A stretch of DNA of 64,000 nt, taken from Lobosporangium transversale (Eukaryota). The stretch spans positions 248,001 to 312,000 of the forward strand of contig NW_019029013.1 of NCBI RefSeq assembly GCF_002105155.1, given 5' to 3'. Positions 61,736 through 64,000 of this stretch are shown here, in pieces. Below the pieces are notes generated by a model. It was not told the origin of the DNA. It ran no database searches and worked only from the letters and a program-made list of their open reading frames with translations. A program made the position numbers and the translations under genes. Every line of letters begins with the position of its first letter. Within the stretch, counting starts at the first letter, position 1.

Positions 61736-63609
61736 AAACTTTGAGTGAGAAAAAAAAAAAAAAAAAAAAAGCGAAAAAAAAACAAAAAAGAAAAAGAAAA
61801 AGAAAAATAAAGCAAATAAACACAGTTACGGAATAAAGCCCATTTTACCAAAGAAGATATAAAAAGATCTCTAAACGATTCATTAAACGCGTATGATTTG
61901 CATATCCAAAGTGCTGATAGCTGTTAATGATTAGTGTGTGAACAGCATTTACAAAGAGTCACGTAAGGGCTTGGAGCTCAAGAATTTTTAAAAAACGCGA
62001 GGGCATGTTTGATCTGTTTGCTTTTGTGAAGAACATTTATGAACGTAAATCTTTTGTCGATCGTATGGATTAGGATTACTTCAGGTATAGTTTAAGAAAG
62101 AAAGAAAAGAAATAGAATGTCAATCCTTGTTTTTACAATCATCCATAATGTACCATTGCCGAGCAAATCTCTATTTTCGACATCACCAGCGTCACCAGCA
62201 CCATCGGGAGAATGATGATTCGATCGGCTAAAAAAAAAAAAAAAAAAAAAAAAAGACGGATACACATGGAGACATGAGGATGATCTGTCGGGGATGATTC
62301 CCAATGGCTTTGTACTTTAACCATATGGCCATGTGGTGTGTAGAGTGTGTAGTGCGAAGGGAGGGGCAGAACGGTCCCTGAACAGGGTTATTGGTGATCC
62401 ATTCAAATCCTTGGAATGAGAAGGACCAGAAGATCTGACTCCACAAAACAAACAAGCATAATCATATGATTTCTTTTTTCTTTGCTGCATGTAACATTTA
62501 CATCCTCCCGTTGAAGTGCTCTTTCTTCTCCGCATTCTTCCTCATTTAGAAATGGCCCCGCAAAAAAAAAACGTTAAAAAAAGAAAGATCTATTACGTGC
62601 AAACTGAGTCAAGTGGGGACATGTGAAGGTGTCACCAATGCAATTTCTGTGAGCAAGAACGAAACGCGAACCAGCCCAGAAAAAAAAAAGTGAACACAAA
62701 ACATGCCATGACTCCATTCCATGGCATGTTAAAAAACGATTAAAGGGAACCAGTCATGTTCTGTGTCTCTACCAATATCCACCATCTTGTACTGTACATA
62801 AATATGTACATGTACATGTTCTATGCTTAGAAAGGGCGAAGCGAAATGGAGATGATTGCGCGCTCTCGTTCACTATTGGATCCTATTACGATTTCAAAAT
62901 TAGCCATGTACATGTAACAGATTTTGTCATTCTGTCATAAGTAGTTCTTTGTTCCAACGAACAAAGTTTATACAGTACAAGGAGAGTAGTAAAATGAAAG
63001 AAGATCTCTAATGTTTCTTCTCAGCAATTTACATACTTGCACTCACTAGGGATAAAAAGATGACATCCCAACATTCCGGTTGAGGATCTTACTCGGCTCA
63101 TGTGAGTTATATCGATCAATCTCCGGATACCATGATTTTAATTTTTATTTTTTTTCTATCGGATCATCTTGGGTCTCGAGACGTAGCATTATGAATCTTA
63201 GACAAACCAGCTAGTGCTGAACTGATGGATGAAGACGGACAAGACGAAAAAAATAAGAATAAAAAGAAAGTCAGGGTACATGTGGATGAATGTTTTACAA
63301 TTGTATTACTTTCTTAGTCATAGTTGTCTGTCTGTGAATACGAGGATGAGCCCTTTGTTTTTCTTTAGTGAACCACACCAGTTGTTGCATAACTAAAGTG
63401 GATTTTAATAGTTTCCTTTTGAAGGAAAGCCTTATTTTGTTTTAACAGTTCGATTGGTGTCAATGTCTGCTGATTGTTCAACTTGAGGTGATCTAATAAA
63501 TACTCACACTCTCGACGATTCTTTCTCTCTTCATTTTTATTTCTCACTCTCACTCTCACCCCTACTCTCTCTCAGAACTTTTTTTTGCAACACACTTCTA
63601 AATTCCAAG

Positions 63610-64000
63610 ATGGCATCCTCAATTCGCACCGCTGCCTCAGCTCTTCCCCGCGTCCCAATGACCCGTATTCCCCTCGTGGTCTTTGCCAACTCCCATGTTA
63701 GCCCTGCAAGTCTTGCCAGCGTCAACGGTGCTCACCCCAGCGCGTTCTCATCCATGACCGCTCACAAGGACACCAAGACTGGTAACACCTGGGTTGACAA
63801 TGCCAAGAAGGTGGTTGAAAAGTTAGAGCAATCTGCTCAGAAACTTGCTGGCACTATGGACAAAACCACACAAAACTATTTGAACGAGGTAAAGCAATTT
63901 GAACATGCGGAAGATGATCTCTGGAAGGATGTGGGACTTGCAGTGAACTCTAAACATGCACATGAGAAGGCGACAGCAGCAAACATGATGCCAAATAGCC
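63610..64000 (+). CDS. Partial ORF with probable mitochondrial presequence and helical (LEA-like) region; runs off the window
   Basis: MASSIRTAASALPRVPMTRIP..AFSSMTAHKD..NAKKVVEKLEQSAQKLAG; open to the window end and preceded by a CT-rich leader. Confidence 0.7.
   Translation, partial: MASSIRTAASALPRVPMTRIPLVVFANSHVSPASLASVNGAHPSAFSSMTAHKDTKTGNTWVDNAKKVVEKLEQSAQKLAGTMDKTTQNYLNEVKQFEHAEDDLWKDVGLAVNSKHAHEKATAANMMPNS

Noticed and set aside
62700..62730. 11-bp hairpin AACATGCCATG/CATGGCATGTT and nearby ATGTAC repeats
   Set aside because: Isolated short palindrome with no other supporting feature.

Overview
Eukaryotic, intron-rich fungal genomic DNA. GT-AG introns with long poly-A/T tracts and the gene content suggest an early-diverging fungus, probably Mortierellaceae (inference). 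About 15 protein-coding genes can be supported: phosphatidylserine decarboxylase, a VPS9/CUE protein, an alpha-arrestin, an F-box/LRR protein, a Skg3/Caf120-like PH protein, a MARK/Kin1-like kinase, a PTS1-bearing alpha/beta hydrolase, NAE1/Ula1, MAM33, SDH1, prefoldin 1, NEDD8/Rub1, a small secreted Cys-rich protein and two low-complexity orphans. One further ORF runs off the right edge. There are two tRNA genes (Phe-GAA, His-GTG), each with a transposon graveyard on its 5' side. The most notable observation is an intron-containing relic of a Fanzor (eukaryotic TnpB-like RNA-guided nuclease) at about 11.8-12.2 kb; its putative omegaRNA region is interrupted by nested LINE tails. A second, much more decayed Fanzor-like relic may lie at about 60.3-60.5 kb. 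Other mobile DNA: a solo LTR 17 bp upstream of tRNA-Phe, RNase H-bearing LINE relics, a piggyBac relic and a ~830 bp foldback inverted repeat. NEDD8 and the regulatory subunit of its E1 lie about 9 kb apart. Family assignments come from motif recognition by eye; no database searches were run.
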